DNA of 64,000 nucleotides. It comes from a phage. Where the stretch lies: sequence record PX880099.1, one strand, 5' to 3'. The notes beneath the pieces were generated by a model. The model saw nothing but the letters and a program-made list of their open reading frames with translations, was not told the origin of the DNA and searched no databases. Shown here piece by piece: positions 61,217 through 64,000 of the stretch (within the stretch, counting starts at the first letter, position 1; each line of letters opens with the position of its first letter). A program made the position numbers and the translations under genes.

Positions 61217-62091
61217 TTTCCCTCCGCTAATTTGAGTAGGTATTGCCCGTACTCTGTTTTCTTCAGTGAGTTTCCATGATAGACCAAAGTCTCTAAAGAA
61301 ATCCACCCTTTTTTGAAAGCAATTTCTTCCAGGCACGCAATCTTCAATCCTTGACAGTTCTCAATAGTCTGCACGAATTGACCAGCTTCCATCAGACTGG
61401 CGTGTGTTCCTGTGTCAAGCCAAGTAAATCCTCGTCCGAGAACTTCTACTTGTAACTTCCTGTCTTCGAGGTAGCTGCGATTGATATCGGTGATCTCCAG
61501 TTCTCCACGCGCGGAAGGGGTTACTTCTAATGCACGTTGAATAACAGAGTTATCATAGAAATACAAACCTGTGACAGCATAATCTGATTTAGGATTTTCA
61601 GGTTTCTCTTCAATAGAAATAACTTGACGATTACTCCCAAATTCAACCACACCGAATCGTTCAGGATCTTTCACCAAACACCCGAAGATACAAGCTCCGC
61701 CCCAAACATCTACCATCTCACTAGCGTTAATCAGTAGTTTACCAAAGCTTTGTCCGAAGAACAGGTTGTCACCTAAAATAAGAGCAACAGAGTCTTCTCC
61801 GATAAAATCTTTACCGATGATGAAAGCGTCCGCAAGACCTCGTGGCTCGGATTGGATTGCGTAAGTGAGTTTTATCCCAAACATAGACCCATCTCCAAGA
61901 AGATGCTCAAAGTCTTCCTGATCGCCTGGTGTGGTGATGATTAAGATATCCTTAATGTCAGCCAACATCAATACCGATAAAGGGTAGTAGATCATGGGTT
62001 TGTCATACACAGGGAGCAATTGCTTGCTCACACTGCGTGTTACCGGATGAAGGCGGGTTCCACTTCCTCCCGCCAAAATAATACCTTTCAT
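61213..62091 (-). CDS. rmlA: glucose-1-phosphate thymidylyltransferase
   Basis: [18 protein letters not shown]...LGDN, full-length RmlA pattern. Confidence 0.9.
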   Translation of the reverse strand: MKGIILAGGSGTRLHPVTRSVSKQLLPVYDKPMIYYPLSVLMLADIKDILIITTPGDQEDFEHLLGDGSMFGIKLTYAIQSEPRGLADAFIIGKDFIGEDSVALILGDNLFFGQSFGKLLINASEMVDVWGGACIFGCLVKDPERFGVVEFGSNRQVISIEEKPENPKSDYAVTGLYFYDNSVIQRALEVTPSARGELEITDINRSYLEDRKLQVEVLGRGFTWLDTGTHASLMEAGQFVQTIENCQGLKIACLEEIAFKKGWISLETLVYHGNSLKKTEYGQYLLKLAEGK

Positions 62092-62099
62092 AACCCTCC

Positions 62100-63092
62100 T
62101 TAAATCTTCTCACTCCACCATTGAGGGTTGTTTAAGTACCATTCAATCGTTGAGTAGAGATCTTGTTCAAATGTAGAGTTTGCACTCCAACCCAGTTCAG
62201 ACTCTATTTTAGAAGGATTGATTTCATAACGCAAGTCATGTCCTTTACGATCTTCAACAAAAGTTATCAAGTTGGAAGAAGGGTAGGTTCCTGCTTCTGG
62301 ATGTACAGCATCCATGTAGTCACAAACCATATAGATGATCTCCATATTGGTTTTGGGATTACGTGTTCCAACATTATACGTTTGACCTGGTTCTCCACCT
62401 GTTGCCACTTGAAGAATAGCTCGCGCATGATCCTCAACAAAAAGCCAGTCTCGCACCTGATCGCCTTTACCATACACCGGAATCTCTTTATTCGTCAAGA
62501 TACTTGTGATGATTTTTGGGATCAGCTTTTCTGGATGTTGATAAGGTCCAAAGTTATTGGAGCAGTTGGTTATCACAACAGGTAAACCGTAGGTACGGTA
62601 CCAAGCTTTCACAAGATGGTCAGATGCTGCCTTAGACGCACTGTACGGGCTTGAAGGGGCATAAGCTGTCTCTTCGGTAAAGGGAACGCCAGAGTCTGCC
62701 ATATCGCCGTACACTTCGTCTGTGGAGACGTGTACGAACATCTTCAGTTTATTTTTTGGGAGGAGCCTTGCAGCTTCCAATAAATTGTATGTGCCAATAA
62801 TATTGGAGTCGATGAAAACTCGTGGATTCTTGATAGAATTATCCACATGACTCTCTGCCGCTAAGTGAATGATGAAATCGGGATTGCACTCTACTACTAA
62901 ACTTTTGACCTGGGTTTCGTTTGCCAAATCTGTTATGCTTAGTTTAACGTGAGTGATATCGCCTACATTCTCAATATCTGCTGCATAGCCCATCTTATCA
63001 ACGACAAAAACTTCGTTATTGGGATCTTGACAAAGAGAGCGCACCACGGCACTCCCAATAAAACCAAGACCACCTGTTACCAGATAGCGCAT
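62100..63092 (-). CDS. rmlB: dTDP-glucose 4,6-dehydratase
   Basis: [22 protein letters not shown] catalytic triad region. Confidence 0.9.
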   Translation of the reverse strand: MRYLVTGGLGFIGSAVVRSLCQDPNNEVFVVDKMGYAADIENVGDITHVKLSITDLANETQVKSLVVECNPDFIIHLAAESHVDNSIKNPRVFIDSNIIGTYNLLEAARLLPKNKLKMFVHVSTDEVYGDMADSGVPFTEETAYAPSSPYSASKAASDHLVKAWYRTYGLPVVITNCSNNFGPYQHPEKLIPKIITSILTNKEIPVYGKGDQVRDWLFVEDHARAILQVATGGEPGQTYNVGTRNPKTNMEIIYMVCDYMDAVHPEAGTYPSSNLITFVEDRKGHDLRYEINPSKIESELGWSANSTFEQDLYSTIEWYLNNPQWWSEKI

Positions 63093-63101
63093 CAGTTCTC
63101 C

Positions 63102-63428
63102 TTACCAGACATGTTGAGAAATAATAGTTTCCGTTTTAATGTTATATTTTTCAAGTAGCTTTGCATAGGCTTCTTTTGCATTCTCATTCAATTGCTCAAG
63201 ATCTACAGCTATGCTTCCTTCTCCGCCTTCTAAATCAAGGCCATATATGCAATAAGACTCATCCGCATCGTAGAAAGGAGAGATGCGGCTTAAGTCAAGA
63301 CCTTCTTGTAAGAACCAGTTAAAATCTCCGTCAAATTCTTCTTCAATTCTAGGATCTTCTCCTACAGCCTCTTCCCACTTATTAAAAGGTGCACCCTGTA
63401 ACATACGCCATTCGATATCAATACCCAT
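63102..63428 (-). CDS. hypothetical acidic protein
   Basis: 108 aa ORF. Confidence 0.5.
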   Translation of the reverse strand: MGIDIEWRMLQGAPFNKWEEAVGEDPRIEEEFDGDFNWFLQEGLDLSRISPFYDADESYCIYGLDLEGGEGSIAVDLEQLNENAKEAYAKLLEKYNIKTETIISQHVW

Positions 63429-63582
63429 TTTTCATCTCCTCCTCTTCTTGAGCAGCTTTAATAATTGCTTCATAAATATCGTAAGCAATGCCTCCACAAC
63501 ATCTAGCTTCGAAAGCTATTGCTTCTGCAATGTGATCTGTTAATTCTCGTGGAATGCGAACATACTCTTTTTCACTCTCCAT
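63418..63582 (-). CDS. small protein (54 aa)
   Basis: Hand-translated MESEKEYVRIPRELTDHIAEAIAFEARCCGG..., SD GGAGG. Confidence 0.4.
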   Translation of the reverse strand: MESEKEYVRIPRELTDHIAEAIAFEARCCGGIAYDIYEAIIKAAQEEEEMKNGY

Positions 63583-63724
63583 CTTCTACCTCCAACCCTT
63601 CTTTTTCAAAGACTACTACTCGTCCCTCACCATGACAATTCAGGCAAGGAAATGTTACCATAATTTCCACTTCCATCTGTCCCGTCCCACCGCACACAGG
63701 ACAAAAAATAAGTTTTTCAGCCAC
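63572..63724 (-). CDS. small zinc-ribbon-like protein (50 aa, GTG start)
   Basis: Hand-translated (M)AEKLIFCPVCGGTGQMEVEIMVTFPCLNCHGEG..., AAGGAGG before GTG. Confidence 0.35.
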   Translation of the reverse strand: MAEKLIFCPVCGGTGQMEVEIMVTFPCLNCHGEGRVVVFEKEGLEVEDGE

Positions 63725-63933
63725 TATTCCTCCTTAATTATTTCAAATTTGGCAACACCATTTACAATAATATGACCACAAGACATAACTCCTAGCCAAG
63801 GATCGCCGTTTTTCTTCAGGCGTTTACCGAATACATCACAAAAACCATTCTTCATTTCAGAGGCTTCATAAGAAGCCCCTTTATCAAAAACGTCTTTGAA
63901 TGTGTCAATTATACCAACACATTTCAAAATCAT
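63724..63933 (-). CDS. hypothetical protein
   Basis: 69 aa ORF. Confidence 0.5.
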   Translation of the reverse strand: MILKCVGIIDTFKDVFDKGASYEASEMKNGFCDVFGKRLKKNGDPWLGVMSCGHIIVNGVAKFEIIKEE

Positions 63934-64000
63934 TCGAAGTCAAGCTCCTCATCATCAGAGAGATCTTTGTTAGCTGAATTCAATTTGTAGTTAGTTAACT
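63930..64000 (-). CDS. 3' end of a gene that starts beyond the window end
   Basis: Reverse-strand frame open from the window edge to a stop at 63930-63932 (...DDEELDFE*). Confidence 0.3.
   Translation of the reverse strand, partial: LTNYKLNSANKDLSDDEELDFE

Overview
The window reads as a segment of a virulent dsDNA phage of a Gram-negative host (AT-rich, sigma70-type TTGACA promoters, Shine-Dalgarno sites, tightly packed short genes with ATGA/TAATG overlaps, T4-type lysozyme, PhoH, NrdC-like glutaredoxin). All calls are by eye from the sequence and ORF track; no searches were run. Layout: (1) 1-8649, minus-strand operon with a UvrD-type helicase, a DUF4326 protein and a possible DUF2829/Tad2-like protein as first gene; (2) 8764-14990, plus-strand genes including an AAA ATPase, a cysteine-rich triplicated-repeat protein and a NADAR-domain protein; (3) 14991-16170, non-coding region with direct repeats, palindromic hairpin motifs and a GC-rich island; (4) 16170-27080, about 35 tiny genes, nearly every one preceded by a repeated early-promoter plus 5' stem-loop cassette (PeSL-like), 23 copies; (5) 27080-28576, 1.5 kb non-coding tract, strand-asymmetric, with a near-consensus Fur box; (6) 28577-46405, about 55 small plus-strand genes with two paralog families and a serine recombinase; (7) 46475-64000, minus-strand block with a sirtuin, two putative DNA methyltransferases, a Ser/Thr phosphatase, an HslV-like hydrolase, PhoH, lysozyme, glutaredoxin and a complete dTDP-L-rhamnose pathway. 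The most striking features are the PeSL-like cassette array, the two repeat-laden non-coding regions that flank it, and a set of NAD/ADP-ribose-linked and DNA-modification genes that may be anti-defence functions. Many track ORFs use GTG/TTG starts or carry spurious N-terminal extensions; starts were re-picked from RBS context where evident.
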